DNA from: the human T2T-CHM13v2.0 reference genome, Homo sapiens
Length of the DNA: 64,000 nucleotides
Direction: 5' to 3' (one strand)
Assembly (NCBI RefSeq): GCF_009914755.1
Contig: NC_060934.1
Shown: positions 29,180-44,609 of the stretch, in pieces
Layout of the letters: every line of letters begins with the position of its first letter
Position numbering within the stretch: position 1 is the first letter of the stretch
Position numbers and translations under genes: made by a program
The notes under the pieces: model-generated
The model's database searches: none
Told to the model about the DNA's origin: nothing
Seen by the model: the letters and a program-made list of their open reading frames with translations, nothing else

Positions 29180-32100
29180 CTAATGGGCATGGGAGTTCTT
29201 TTGGGGGTGACAAAAATGTTTTAAAATTAGATGGTTGTGATGATTACACAACCCTGTGAATAGACTAAAAACCACTGACTGAATCGTGCTCATTAAATGT
29301 GTGAACTATAATGGTATGCCAGTTATATCTCAATATGGCTATTTAAAAAGTACTGCTTGATCTATGCCAAAATTAGTGTAGTATATATAACCAATGCCAT
29401 ATACTATGAATAGTAGCATAAGAAATAATTTAAGAAACTAGCTTATGAAGGAAACCAAATTTAAGTATAAGATAAATGATCTATCCACAAAAGCATAGGA
29501 AGGAGGGCTGCTTTCCAGAAATTCAATCTTCAACAAGAATTGTATTCATGTTGCATGATCTGATGAGAGAGACAAAATTCTTATGTCTCAAACACTGATA
29601 TAAGCTACCAAATGTAGTCAGGCAAAATCTTAAGTAAATGTACAGGAAGATACAATTTTTCTTTGGAATTATTGAATAAGAACAACAAAGCATCGAGAAT
29701 CTATTTTTAAAAGTAATTTTGTTACATTAAGTTGTCTCTCAAAATGTCATATTAGATATGGAAAGCAAACCACACACGTACATACAAAATGTCTTTCTAA
29801 CTGCATCCCCCTGGCAGGGAAGGCTGATGACATTTTTATTAGTAATATTAATCACATGCTTAAAGGGGAAATATCTCACTTTTTCAAGGACCATAATATT
29901 TACCTATTTACACCTTTTAAAATTTCAATAAGTCTAACTTAGAACCCTTAACCCCCATAACCTTCAAAAAACAAGTAAAATGAAAATTAATAAATGTTCC
30001 TTAGTGTGCTGTGAACCGTTAATTGTACAGAATGAACAGCTTTAGCCTAATAAGAAACATGCCTTCAGCAGAAATGTGAAAGTCACCTGATGCTTATGAT
30101 TTAATGATAAAAATGTGTAGTCAATTTGCAATGAAGTTAAGACCTACAACCCTGGAATATTTTAACTACAAATTCTTGCAGATACCTGAGGAGCTTTGAA
30201 AGGTGAACAACCCGAAGTACTGAAATGTTCTCAGCATGAATTAAGTAATTCATCTCTAAAGTGGTCTGAAGATAGAGGCAATAGACTTTCCAGTAATAAC
30301 AAATGATCGAGATGGATTTGGCCTGACACTCCAAGAAAGTACAGGTGTTGCATTAATTTGGCAACAAAATAATTGTATCAGTAATTTTTTAGAGAAGAGA
30401 TATTATAATATTGGAAGTAAAGACATGTTAATAGCATCATTAATCATAAACCTCACATAAATTTTTAAAATCAGCTCTAGGTTTAGCAATAAAAGTCCTA
30501 AGTATAATTCATTCATTCAAATAAATAAATACTTATGTAATTCTTACTATGAATGAAGACTGGTGTAGACAGTCTGGCACTAAAGTGGGCAGATTCCAGG
30601 GGATATAAAGATGAATTAAACACAGTCTTGTCTTTGAGGAACTTGAAATGAGAGGAGTGTGATGTTTTTACCAAAATTTCACCATTATTGTTTGAGTCAT
30701 TTCCATTGAGCAGTGTTTTACCTTTATAATCAGAACCAATAGTGTTGATTTTTTTAAAAAGGGATTTAAGTGCCGTTGAGTGAGATGCAAAGTTTTATAA
30801 GAGTTCAGAAGAGAAACCCCTGTCAAAGAAAATTTTCAAGGAAGAGTGAGCGTGTGAGCTAGGCATGGAAAGATGGCCAGCTTAATGACAGACTGAGTGG
30901 GGGAAGGCAATCCAGGTGGAAGGTATCATATCAGCTAAAGCTGAAACATGAAATTAATGGAAAACAATGCAGTATGGCTGCAGGTTAGGATGCATATAGA
31001 GCAGAAAAAGCTAGCATGTAATATTAGGGCTCAATGATAGGAGGCCTACACTATCACACTCAGGAATTCATATTCGGTTTGCCAGGTCATGTATGTAAGG
31101 TACTTAGCAAACAGTGCCCTGGGCATCAAGATATATGAGCCATTATCATTAGTGTTCAATGTCTCATAAGAAGATGGAGCAGAGCAAAGGCTATAGATAA
31201 TCCTGGGCAGCCAGTTCAGTGTCTTTCCGTCTATCCCATAGGTAGGCTCTAGATGAGAGTGCCCCAGCAAGTAGGTCTGTACTGGGGTGTGACTCACTTT
31301 CAGATTGTCCCTGACTCACCATCCCCCCCAGCACTCATCATATTCCTCAGCGGCAAGCATTGACACTCTGAAAGTTCCTTCAGTGCAAAGACTATGTCCT
31401 CTTCTATATCTTTGTTTCCATGGCCTTAGCACATATTAGGTGTTCAAGAAATGCTTGTTGAACCAACTCCACATTAGGTATGAATACTCCCAGACAAATA
31501 AATACATTGATACTCTGACCAATGTGTCAGAACAGATGGCCTATTCATTTAGTAATTGAGTTTGTCACCACTGGACATACTAATGATAGCTAGTTTCTGG
31601 ATCTGCCAGGTTCCCAAATGAGGCATTGTCCAGAGAGGACCTTGCTTGCAATCCTCTGGATATTGACATCCTCTCGGTTCTCCTCCTTTACCCCTAAACT
31701 ACCACACCTACCTCCATAGGGATATTGTGGGTGAAATAAGGGTTTTCACATGCCTTGCATTGTGCCTGATGCATACTAAAATTCACTAAGCATGCTCGTT
31801 CCCCTAAACAGAATTTCTGACTTGTCCACCCATTGGCTACAGCATGGTAGACCATTTAGTGTACTGTTTTGGAGATGAAAGAAGTAAGAGAAGGCTCTTT
31901 CACAATTTTCATCTGCATGTCTCCTTTAGACGGACGGAGCCACCCTTGTGGACATTGACATACTCTTCCCTTTTCTACGATGGTACACAACTCCTTGTGG
32001 CTGAGCTCAGTTCTTGAAAATTCAGAATTATAAAGTTCAGAGCTGCAGTATAGGTCAAGTTCCTCTTCCCACTGAGATCTAAGGGATTGAAGTTCACAGT

Positions 32101-32246
32101 GAAGAACTAAAGGAGGGATTGAGGCCCAGAGTGGTCCAGTGACTTGCCTCTGCTGAGCACTGTTATGAAGTGGGAGAGAAGAAGAGTGTTCAGTTTTAAT
32201 CAGAATCTTTGCCATCATGGAGACAGTGAAGCCAAGTGGATAAGAG

Positions 32247-32465
32247 CAGGGGCCAAACTGACACACAAATCCCAGCCCCCCACCTATTTTTACAAATAAA
32301 GTTTTACCAGAACAGCGTCATGCCCCTTAATTTATGCATCATCTATGACTGCATTTGCACTACAGCAGCAGCAGAGATGAGTGGGTGCAACAGAGATCAT
32401 AAGTCCTACAAGGCCTGAAATATTTGCTATCTGGCCTTTTGCAAAAAATGTGCGCTGACCTTCTG
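32247..32465. mobile_element. MER58-like hAT-Charlie element
   Basis: cagggggccaaact...aaataaagtttta...aaatatttgctatctggcctttt...ctgaccttctg. Confidence 0.75.
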
Positions 32466-32479
32466 TTAAGAATAATGAC

Positions 32480-32680
32480 TTTGTTAAGCAGAACTGAGTT
32501 TAAATCCTAGTTCCAACTTGGGTGAGTTAACCTCTTTACACCTCAGTTTTTCATCTGTAAAGTGGGAGTAATAAGAGCATCTACTTTGAGGGATTATCAT
32601 GAGGATTAAATACCCCAAAGTACCTAGCACAATGCTTGGACCATAGTAAACTTATTGAATGTGAGCAATGACAATGATGA
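32480..32680 (+). mobile_element. MIR SINE
   Basis: cctcagtttttcatctgtaaagtggga...tgaggattaaat...agcacaatgcttgg. Confidence 0.75.
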
Positions 32681-32769
32681 TGGTGTACATATATGTAAAA
32701 TTTGTCATACTGAGGACACTGTACCTCCAAAAGGCTTTAACAGTGTGTTTTAAAATGTACCTGGAATTT

Positions 32770-33275
32770 GTTTTAATCAAGTATGCTGAGATACGTGGAC
32801 ACAAGAATAACTGTCATGAAGGAGGAAGTTTTATTCACGGATCTCTAGAAACAGGAGGCAGGGTACACCAGGAGGCAGGGTACACCTTCGGGCAGAAGGC
32901 AAAGGAAGTGAGGGGGAAACGTGGGCAGGAGCCTTTATTGAAGTTTCTGCAAGAAAGACAAGCAGGGTAGGCAGTTAGGATGGGCTAGTTCGGATAATTT
33001 CCCCAGGTTCTGAGGTACAGGAACCACCCCAAGTCTCCTGATACCTGGCCCTAGGGTAAGTGGGGCAGGGGGATAGTGTCCCTCAGAGGAGGAGCTTGAT
33101 AAAGGAGGTGGTTGAGGGTATGGGCGCTGGATTGGTTGGTTTGTATATGAAAGGTTCACTCCAGGGGAGGTGTTTACTATCTCTAGGTATTGACTACCTC
33201 TGGAAGGGGCAGGCTGTCCATGATCAGCAAGTCTCCAAAATGTCAAAGCATGAGAAAATAAGAAAATAATTAACA
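32770..33275. mobile_element. Probable ERVL-class solo LTR (subfamily not determined)
   Basis: GC-richer ~500-bp block with LTR-like composition; family assignment by eye only. Confidence 0.45.
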
Positions 33276-33431
33276 TGAAACGGCTTGTTGAAGGCCTATA
33301 ATAGATACACCCATACATACATATATACATGTAATACATGAAAAAGATATATGTATTAATGCGAGTAAAATACATACACATATATATTACATATAACATA
33401 TATGAAACATACAAGTATTAAGGCAAGTAGA

Positions 33432-33433
<2 letters not shown>

Positions 33434-33467
<34 letters not shown>
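33434..33467. repeat. (AC)n microsatellite
   Basis: About 16-17 units. Confidence 0.95.
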
Positions 33468-33468
<1 letters not shown>

Positions 33469-34339
33469 TAATCTGTGCCCCCACAAAAAATACTTTCTCA
33501 GTTTCTAGGAACAATACTACCAGAGTGATGAAACTACTCTACCTGATTGTATGATCCTTGCACTAAAAGTAAAATAGAGGTCACATGGGAGTGGAAAGTA
33601 GGTTGAATTTAGGAATACATCTACTGTGGTTTTTCCTTTGCCCTCTGTCCCTTTAGGATTCCTCTTTAGCTCCTTCCATTTTTTCCCCCATCCAGTGGTG
33701 AAATTGAATCACTGAAGCAGCTGAGGCAGAGAGCTTTTCCTTCAGGATTCACGGCCTATTTCTCAGTTCTGGGAAGACAACTCTAACAACTCAACAGAGT
33801 GAAGAGAGATAAAGATGTTGGGAATGACTGATTTCAAACAATCAAAACTGCTTTGGGGATGAGGATGAAGTTGGGACATTACTGCCTTGTATACCACATA
33901 CTATAATATTTATTATGTCTATTGTTTATTGTGTGTGTCCTTCTTTAGAATTTTAACTCCCCAAGGGCAAAGATCCCTGACTGTTATGCTTATCAATGTA
34001 TCCAAAAGGCCTAAAACAGAGCCTTGTACCCTATACACACTCTGCAAATATTTGCTGAATTGAATAAAAGGCTGCCGATCTATAAACTATGCTGCTTTCA
34101 AATAAAACTAAGACAAGGACATTGATAGCATATCCTCATCCCCTGTCTGGCCCCTTGGATTTGATTTGAGCCTCTGTGATTAGAATGATGAAGTCTGTTG
34201 GGGCTGTTTTCAGGAGAGGTTGTGAGACTCTAGGCACCAGAAGAGCTGCCCTGGGACACAGAGAGGAAAAAGTAATAAATAATGGAGAAGAAAAAAAAAA
34301 AAACCATGGGAAACAAACAAACTCAAACTAGAAATGAAA

Positions 34340-35410
34340 TAAGCTATGGCTTCTGTAATCCTCCTGCACATAACAACTATGGGTTTTGGACAAAATACAA
34401 AAAGCAGCTATCCAGAGGCACTGAAGAGAAGCCAAGCAGGCAGACAATGGAGGGGAATCTGCATATGGAAGAAGGAGATGACAGTGGGAAAGTTCCCATT
34501 ATTACAGCTCTTTGCTGGAAAGCCGGTCCCAATCCATGCCAAATAAAGGTTACTAAAACATGAATAGAAAATCTGTAGTCTTACTGGCATGAAGAGCCAG
34601 GAGACAGGGTTCATGGTGATTATAGCAACCAGAAAGTGAGAAGGGGGAAATCTTGGAAAAATGAGAGCCAAAGAGGGGGAAGTAACATGTTCTATGTATA
34701 AACTCTGCACAAGTCATTGGCTGACTCATGAACCATGTGTGCAAATAGCCCAGCTAAGGCTAGAAGAACCAAACAGAGATTTCTGTTGCTGTGCACTGGA
34801 GACAGTTTACAGTTTGAAGTAGTTAAATTAGCTGCCTGCTTAAAACAAATCATCACTCTTCAGAGGAATATAACAGAACCCAGAGGCTCTGCAACATATC
34901 ATTCACAGTTTTCTGGATAATATCTAAAATACTAGGCATATGAAGAAAAAAAGAAAATGTAAGCCAAAAACAATCAATGCAGACTGACACTCAGATAAAT
35001 AATTAGCAGACAAAAATTTTAAATCAGCTATTTTAACTATGCTCATGAATGTAAAGGAAAATAGGTTTGTAAAGAATTAACAAATACAAAATCTCAGAGA
35101 ACTAGAAACTATTAAAATGATCAAATAAAAATTCTAAGACCAAAAACTGTAATAAAATATTTGAAATAAATGTTGCCATATGGGCCTGACAGTAAATGGA
35201 AATGACTGAAGAAAAACCGAGAGAATTTGAAGACAGATCAATATAACTAATTCTATCTAAAGAATATAGAGGAAAAATACTGGGAAAAATGAGCAGAGCT
35301 TCAGGGACTTGTGGGACAATACTGAAAGATCTAGCATACATATAACTAAGTTTCAGAAAGAAAAGAGACAGAGAATGGAATAGAAAAAATATTGAGGAAG
35401 ATGTAATATA
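34340..35410 (+). mobile_element. Old L1M 5'UTR/ORF1 remnant
   Basis: gaatttgaagacagatcaata...gagcagagcttcagggacttgtgggacaat is typical decayed L1 ORF1. Confidence 0.7.
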
Positions 35411-35670
35411 CATGATAAATGTATATTAGCAGAAGTGAGTCTACTTTAAAATGTAATTTTAGATTTCAGATATATATGTGGTAGAAATAAAAAATTCAAA
35501 GATAATTGATATAGAAGATAATAACAAGGATATCCAAATTGTGTGAAAAATGTTCTGGAGATCGAACAAATAGCAAAAGTACAAAAAGATCAAATCACAC
35601 CAGAGTAACACTCTTCAGAACTGAAAAAAAGTAATATCATAAACCAAGAAATATCCTTAGACACTTATAA

Positions 35671-35989
<319 letters not shown>

Positions 35990-36150
35990 GAGAGTTTTCA
36001 ACTTTTAAAGAGAAAAACTTTAGATTCCTTTTTAAATTTTATGTTTGAATCATTTTAAGTTTATTTCTAAATATTTCATATATCATGAACAATCTAAAAA
36101 TAATATGTCAAACACTTGTGTATGCTCCACCTGGTTTAAGAAATAAAGCA

Positions 36151-37011
<861 letters not shown>

Positions 37012-37029
37012 CCTTGACTCTAATGAGAT

Positions 37030-37770
37030 CGATCACCTTTCTGTTTGTTAGTCATCCATATTTTTTCTGTGACATGTCTGTTCCTGTCTTTTGTCCATTT
37101 TTCTATTGAATTGTCTTTTTTCTGACTGAGTTCTTTATTCATCCTTGTCAGTTAGATGTTTTGGGAATACCTTCTCCTAGTCTCTGGTTTTTTGTTTTTG
37201 TTTTTGTTTTTTACTTTTAAATGGTGTTTTTTGGTCAACGAAAGTCTTTAATTTTAATGTGTCATATTGATTATTTTTCTGTGTGCTTTGTGATTTTTTT
37301 CATCTGACTTAAGCAATCCTTTCCTACCATAAGGTAATAAAGATGTTCTACTTTATTTTATTCTAAAAGTCTTAACATTTTCCTCTCATATTTAGATCTT
37401 GAATCTACATTGACTTTATTATGTACAGTGTGAAATATGAATTTTTTTCCATAGGGATAAATGATTGTCCCAGTTACAGTGAATACGTAGATTTTAGGAA
37501 AGAGAATCAACACCTTTATAGTACTGAGTCTCCCTGTTCCTATTCATGATTGTGCAATTTGTCCATTTATTTAGGTCATTTTAAATGTATTTCAATAAGA
37601 TTTAATAATCTTTGGTAAACTTATTCCTAGATATCTTATATTTTTAGTTGCTTTATAAATAGTACCTTTTAAAAATAAGTTTATATTTTCCAAGTGTTTG
37701 TTTCTGGAGTTTAAAAAAAAAAACAATTTTTATATGATGGTCTTCTAGCCACCAACCTTACTTAACATCA
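37030..37770 (-). mobile_element. Old L1M fragment
   Basis: tttgtccatttttctattg...tccatttatttaggtc...ttattcctagatatctt. Confidence 0.7.
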
Positions 37771-38719
37771 AAATGGTAAAAACCAGACCACATTTATCAT
37801 ATTCTGCTATAGCAATCATTACAAGATGCTGGACTCACATCTCTGGAAAGCTTAGGAAAATAGTGGGAGACCTTGGGATACCCCACTTAGGGAAGCTGTC
37901 ATTCACACATAAATGCAAAAGAAAGGAGACTCACAAATCCATAAAGTCTCAGACTGTCTTTTTCACAGCTTACTCGAGGCCCCATACCAAAATATTAGGA
38001 AATGAATTAGAATTTTTAAATAATGGAGATGTTACTGCTAAGACGAATCCGAGGTAACCCCTTGTCAAAACAGAAGTAAGTAAACAAGAGCTCAAACTAG
38101 AAGGCCGCTGCTGCTGTCTGGTTTAAGTGACCTTAAAAATGGTAGTACACAAAACAGAAAAATATCCTGGGATCAAATGGGGGTGAGGAGGACATTCAGA
38201 ACTTTAGATTCAAGAAATGAGGATGGAAAAAGTGGAACCAGCATGAAAAATCTCTTGTTTTTCACCCAGAAAAGCAACAAGCCTCTAGTTTTTACCGGAT
38301 ACATTTAAAGTGTGAAATGCTGTTTTATGTGACGGTTTGAGTGAAAAACATACATGTCTACAATCCAAATGGTTTTAAAACATCAAAGGAGACAATACTG
38401 TACATGTGCTAAAAGGTACATAAAGGACAACAAAGTATTAAAATGGGAAAATATACATAACGATTATAATGAATATAGTTATATAAATTCCCCATCGGCT
38501 CCTACCGAATAAAAAACTTTAATAATATTTTGCTTACCAGAATTTTTTCAACCAAAGCACTACAAACATGATTAAAAATAGAATGATGGTTATTCCATAT
38601 ACAAAAAGCCTACTGAAGAGAAGAGAGTTGTATTTGGGAAAAAGCTTCTGAAGATTTTTGCTTTGTATGACAGAATACAGAAAGATATGTTTAATGTCGA
38701 CTACAAAAAAGTTTCTAAA

Positions 38720-39445
38720 TCTCATTTATTTTGTTTGTTTAGCAAATACTTATATAGTGCTTACCATGTGCCAGCTATTATTCTAAGTGCTTTACAAAGA
38801 GAAACTCATTCTATTAGTCCAGATCCTGGCAGGAAACAGATGGCACGCTCAAATTGGATAAATTGAAGCGAATTGAATACAAGGAATATTTACAAAGGTG
38901 TGAGTGGGATTTAGAAAATGCAATAGGGGATTGTGCAATACCCTGGCTCACAGCAGCAGGGAGCCTATACCACCCCAGGGCCTGCCTGAAGGGCCTCGGA
39001 GAGGGAGTGGTTGGAGGTACCTAGAGAGAGCCTCTTCCTAGAGGCTGCTTGGCAGGAGCACTGGGTGGCAGACAACCCATGGCAACCTAACAGGCAGGGA
39101 ACAAGGGGAATAATCACCCTGACCTCACTGTCCTCCTCCCCCTGGCTCTCCTGCCCATACTGTCATTAGCCAAACCCAACAGAAAGCCGGAGAGCAGAAA
39201 GCTCATTGATGCCTCTTGTACAGGTCGGCCTCCCAGGGTACAGAAGCAGGTTGGAGAAAGGTTGGAAGTGGAACTAAAGGAGCAAAGAGAAGATACTCCA
39301 CATACTTATAATAACCCTATTTAGTAGGTACTATTGTTGCATGCATTTTATAGAATCTGACGCACAGAGAGGCGTCAGTTGCCCAAGAACTTGCCCAAGA
39401 TCACAGAGCTCATAAGTGATGGATCCAGGATTTTAATCCAGGCAT
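38720..39445. mobile_element. MIR split by an ERVL-class LTR (~38812-39302)
   Basis: MIR halves (tagtgcttaccatgtgccag... and ...ttgcccaagatcacagag) flank an LTR-like block starting tattagtccagatcctggcaggaaacagatggcac. Confidence 0.6.
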
Positions 39446-41057
39446 TTAGCTATCTCTCTTACAATATTATCATACAGAAAACCTATGTAATCATCCTCTA
39501 TATTTAAAAACATTTCTTAATGCTGCCCGATATACTGAAATTTAAATGGATAAAAAAAGACCATTTTAAGAGTCATTTCTGACTTCTTTCTACCACCTGT
39601 TTAAGGGCTGGGAGGAGTTTTTATGTTATTGGAGGCACTTAACTACCAAGATTTCCATTATGATTCAGAGATCATTATGAAAATTGAGCAATTTTCATGA
39701 TAGGCATACTTCCCAGCAGCTTCTTAGTAGAGTTGGGAGGATTATAGCTAGGGGAAACGCAGGAGGTGAAAATGTGGTCTCATTGGAAAGTGTTCAGTTG
39801 TGAATGTGGATGGTGGTTTTATTAAATTTGTACACTTGAAGTCTTTTAATTTTCCAATAGAATTGTAGGAATCTGGCACTTCCTAACAATCAGGGCACAA
39901 ATCCTTTCTAGTTTTTTTTTAGTAAGTATTTTCCAATATTAAAACTAAGCCATGAGTTCAGTATAAATGAGTGTGATACAGCAAATAAACTGTAAAGCAT
40001 GTTTCTAGAGAGAAAGATATATTTTCTTGCTGATTTCTATTATTTGGTTAGTATCCCTTGAATAAACTACTTACTAGAAGCTTCAGAATTGGGAATAAGT
40101 ACAAGGCTAGAATGGTTGCCAAGTCCAATATTGTTTTCCTGGACACGTTTGCATTTTAAGAGCTTTTTTCTTCCCCAGAACTTTTCCGCTTTACATCTAC
40201 CCTTCCATGTTGTACCCCTGCCCTTGTTTCTGCTTGTTGGTCAAACACATGCCCAGGCATGTGTTTCCCCTCCCTCTTCCCCAGAGAACGCATTTCATAC
40301 CTTTGTGCCTTTTCATTTGCTTTTCCCTTGGCCTTCCATGCCCCTCTCTTATACTTGGTCACTCCTGTTCTTCATTTAGGAATCTAAAGACTGTCTTTTG
40401 TGAGAATGTTTCCCCATCTCCCCTAGAAAGAGCCTATCACTCCCTTCCATGAGCATCTAGAGTTTTGTGTACATACCTTGTTTGCAGCCCTCTACCATAT
40501 TGTATTAACCTTATTTGCTGGCATATTTATTTATTACACTGAACTGTGACTTCTTGGAGGCCAAGATCCTAGTCTACTGAAGAGTTTTACAAAAGTCGTT
40601 GGATGAACAACTATTCCTGAACCAACTAAAAATAGTTGTAAAATTCTTGGCCATCACACAGGGACCAGAAACCCCTTCAAAGTCTGTTTATATTTTTTTG
40701 TGTCTGCCACTTGCAGGAAGAGATTCAGAAAATAGCCCAAGAGCATGAAACATCATATGTATCCTGATTTGCATTTTACTAATATTAGGGTCAGTGAGTT
40801 AAATATAAGTTTGGTGTAATTCTTCAGTAGGTAGATCTAAAATTTCAGAATTCCCAAATTATTAATAGCTTCCTTAGCTATTTTTATAATGATGCTTTCA
40901 GTAAATTCACTTCATTGGAAGTATACTAAAAATTAGATATATGCTCAAAATAGTAAACGATTATTTCCAATAGCATTCTTCTGAACAAGTATTAAAACCA
41001 GAATACGAGTTAGGTTCATATTATCACAAATGGGGAAGAAATTTTGGTTTAGAAAAA

Positions 41058-41113
41058 TACTCTTCAGTCCCCTGAATGACATTATAATTACTCTTCAGTC
41101 CCCTGAATGACAT
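41058..41113. repeat. Perfect 25-bp direct repeat with 6-bp spacer
   Basis: tactcttcagtcccctgaatgacat at 41058-41082 and 41089-41113, spacer tataat. Confidence 0.95.
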
Positions 41114-43222
41114 AACGAGCACAATATCTTTGTGTTTAATTTGAGTATAAGGGCTGGTCTTTTTAAAAGAGTGAGCGAGCCTCTCTCTGGATCTCCTTTT
41201 GGGTTTCAGATGCCTCCCTCAGTAGGTGTCATTTCAAACTGCTCCATCATGAGTGTTCCAGTTTCCATCTACCTGGTCTACCTGCCCACTCACCCAGTTT
41301 TCCCAGGCGCTCACTACCCACACGGCTTACTTTCAATTCCGTTTATGGTGAACCACTAATTTTCTTTTATCACTTCCACCACTGGCTCCTGACCATGCCT
41401 CCCTCTACTTGGGAGCGAGACAGAGTGACTCCAAGGCCATGCATTGTTTAGTGTCTATAGGTGGCACTGGGGCTGGGGAGGCAAGAACAAAGTAGCAGCT
41501 GTTTCCATGACCCATTTCTCCCCAAGTGCTAATAGTAAACTCTCAGTGGTGTCATAGAACCTTATTCTACTTGAGATTTAGTTTAGGGAAGATCATTCAC
41601 TAAGATAGCCTCTTCAGTTCTCTTTCTCCATGGCCAGACATATCCCCAGCATCATTTATCAATGAAGACACCACGTGCAGAAGTGTATGATCAACCATGA
41701 AACAGTAGTAGAGGGAAAAACATTATCTTTACCTAAACTGTGAAAGAACAAGGAAATTTGTAGATGTTTTCGAAACTAGAAATCTGTGTGGTATAAAAAA
41801 AAGTGTTCTGTCAAGAGACCTCAATATGTAGCATGAGGACTTAAAACTCAGTAATATTTTTCTTGGTTTCTAGAACTACATTCCGGTTTACTGAAAGTTT
41901 GTGGCTTAAGAAGTGTTATCTGAATCCTCAAGTTGGCTAATGATTTGGAATCTTTCTCTGAGTTGTTAGTATGATTTTCCAGTATTTTTTCTCCCTTAAT
42001 CTGCCATATGGCATATATTTATTCTTAACATTACTGTAAATTAAAATTAATTTTGTTTTAGGAATTTGAAAGAATTCCATAAAATCTCTTGAAGTAGATG
42101 GAAATGTCCTGCAGTTGAAACAAACTAGGGTTGGGAGACACTAATCTAGATTAATGTTAATAAGCAACATGTTGGGATTAATCATGTGTTTTTGCACTTT
42201 CTGTCTTGAGACAGAGGGCCACAAAGTGGTGGAGTTTGCAAATAATAGTTAATCCCAATGTACTGAAAATAACATTTCGTTCTTTAATATATCTTGGAAT
42301 GCAACCATCACTCATTTTCTTCTTTTGGTTTATAGCCCTTATTTGGATGTTAATAGTAAATGAATTATAGCTCACTATGAATTACAGCAGAAATCTACCT
42401 CATGGTTTACGCAAATGAACAGTCATAAGATTTTAACCAAGTAGTTTATGACGAATAATTTATAACAAGATCAGTTTTACCATTAAAGAAAAGCACAATA
42501 AATTGAAAAGGATAAGATGAATGAGAAGTGCTTGGCACTTTGCTTTGTTCTTAGCACGTTGGCAATTCCTGCCATTAATAACACTTGGCTTTAATGTGGC
42601 AAATTTCATTTTGGATGTTTAAAGCACTTCAGAAACATTTGTTTGTTATTCTTCCCAGCATCCCAAGTCCATGGGTGCACTACCTCAGAAGAACATTTGT
42701 TTTCATTAGGAGTTAAAAGTAGGGTTAGAACCAAATAAAAGTCAACAAGCCTTTTAGAGGGGGAAATAAGGATTACATCAAATTCCCAGTGGCTTCTTCT
42801 TTACTAGCTCATGGGGAAATATTTTTTCTGCAGCCTCGAGGCGAAGGAGGCAAAAGTGACCCCTTCCTTACAGCTTCGGAATGAGATGAATTATTCCACC
42901 CTATGTGAACCCACAAAACACTTCTGTCCATGAGTCTAGGATGGGTCAGTAATGTGAACTGAGTTGGAAATTGTTGCTCCATGAGTCATATGCTCAAAGT
43001 GCTCCATTCTTTTGATTCCTCCAATTCTTCCTCGTAGTTTTTTATTTTTTTATTTTTTTTTCCCCATTGCTGATAGCTTGTGTTCTCTAAGCAGTAATTT
43101 TCTGTTGAGAAAACTATGAGACATCCATCACCTCTGTTTGGGTGAGAGCTTCTTGAGTGCTGGGATTTTACTTTTTTATCCCTATATAATCAAGATTTAG
43201 CACAGAGCCTGGGATGGACAGT

Positions 43223-43223
<1 letters not shown>

Positions 43224-43262
<39 letters not shown>
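43224..43262. repeat. (CA)n microsatellite
   Basis: About 19 units. Confidence 0.95.
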
Positions 43263-43265
<3 letters not shown>

Positions 43266-44305
43266 ATTAACTGATTGACTAAATGGTAAATATCATCAGT
43301 AAGTCATAGAGAAATTTAGCCCCTCAAGCTCTATAAATGCCATTTAGTGTGCAAAATGCAGCAATACATCATAAAATCAGGGCAGACACCCCTTCTTAGT
43401 ACAATCATTAACAATGGCATTGCTTATCATCTCCAACAGCCACCCCAGTTTTCTCTTACATCTATTTGAACCTTTGCAGGTTAGTGGTCCTTGTAATTTA
43501 AGCCACAGTCACAATAAGCACATCCTTTAGAGTCTATAGTTTGGGTTCAGCAAACAATGATTACTCATACTTTCTTAGTCTCCTTCAGTAGTCAACAGGT
43601 CTAGCAATTTTGTGGCTTTTCAACAGCCTAGGCAGACACTGACAAAATGCTTTAGAAGGACTTAGTCTTATTTTTCCTCTTAGGGCTAGAGATGATCTTC
43701 TCATTGCTAATAACAGCTTCTGAAAATTTCAGGAATGTTGAAGACAAAAAATACAGGTGGGAGTGAAGGGAATGTTGGAGCTGATTCCACAATTTTGCAG
43801 GTGGATTAGATACTGAAGTTAGATGTTTTCAGATTATATTGTACTTCGTAGGCATCAAACTAGCCAAACAAAATAAAAAGAACCTGCCTCGCTCTTGCCT
43901 GTATAATGTATTCCTGTTTAGTTAATAGAAACACTGCTCCTCCAAATTTCCAGGTTAATCTCCAATTTTGTAATTACATTAGAAATTAGTATAAATTAAC
44001 ATAATTAATTGAGAATTAATTAACACACTTGAGAACTATTTATCCAGGAACTTTGAATATTATGGTATGCTATATAAGTCAGCTTAAGATATTAACTGGA
44101 CCTGCAGTATCACAAATTTTAGAAACCATTCACCTTAAATATATGAAATCTTTTTAAATTTCCTTTAGAAGGGACAAATTGTGGGAGGTTATTTCCAAGC
44201 ATTATTTTGTCATTCTAAATCTATGTTTGTTTCCTAGATTGCAAGATGACTAGTAGTGATTACAATTGCAGCTAAAAGTATTCTCATTAAACATACCTAG
44301 AAATA

Positions 44306-44609
44306 GGCAGGGTGAGGTGGTCCATGTTTATAATTTTAGCACCTTGAAAGGCCGGGGTGGGAGCCTGAGCTCAACTCACTTGAGCCCAGGAGTTTGAGAC
44401 TGACCTGAGCAACATAGGGAGACCCCTTCTCTACAAATACTTTAAAAATTAACCCAGTGTGCACCAGCAGTCCCAGTTACTCAAGAGGCTGTGGCTGGAG
44501 GATCCCCTGAGCCCCAGAGGTCAAGACCATGGTGAGCTGCAATCACACCACTGCACTCTAGCCTGGTTGACAGAATGAGACCTGGTCTCAAAAAAACAAA
44601 CAAAAAAAA
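44306..44609 (+). mobile_element. AluJ, diverged
   Basis: Dimer with A-rich tail; flanks share tagaaatag. Confidence 0.85.

Noticed and set aside
32935-33414. 159-aa minus-strand ORF (longest in the track)
   Set aside because: Starts in a TA/CA-rich low-complexity stretch and runs through an LTR-like element; no coding features.
39677-39698. 10-bp-arm palindrome atgaaaattg-ag-caattttcat
   Set aside because: Expected by chance about once in 64 kb of AT-rich DNA.
41058-41113. Repeat-spacer-repeat as a CRISPR-like array or bacterial -10 box (tataat)
   Set aside because: Only two repeats, a 6-bp spacer, no cas genes, and a mammalian context.
41452-41470. CTCF-like tctataggtggcact
   Set aside because: The 5' half matches the consensus poorly; insufficient without ChIP data.
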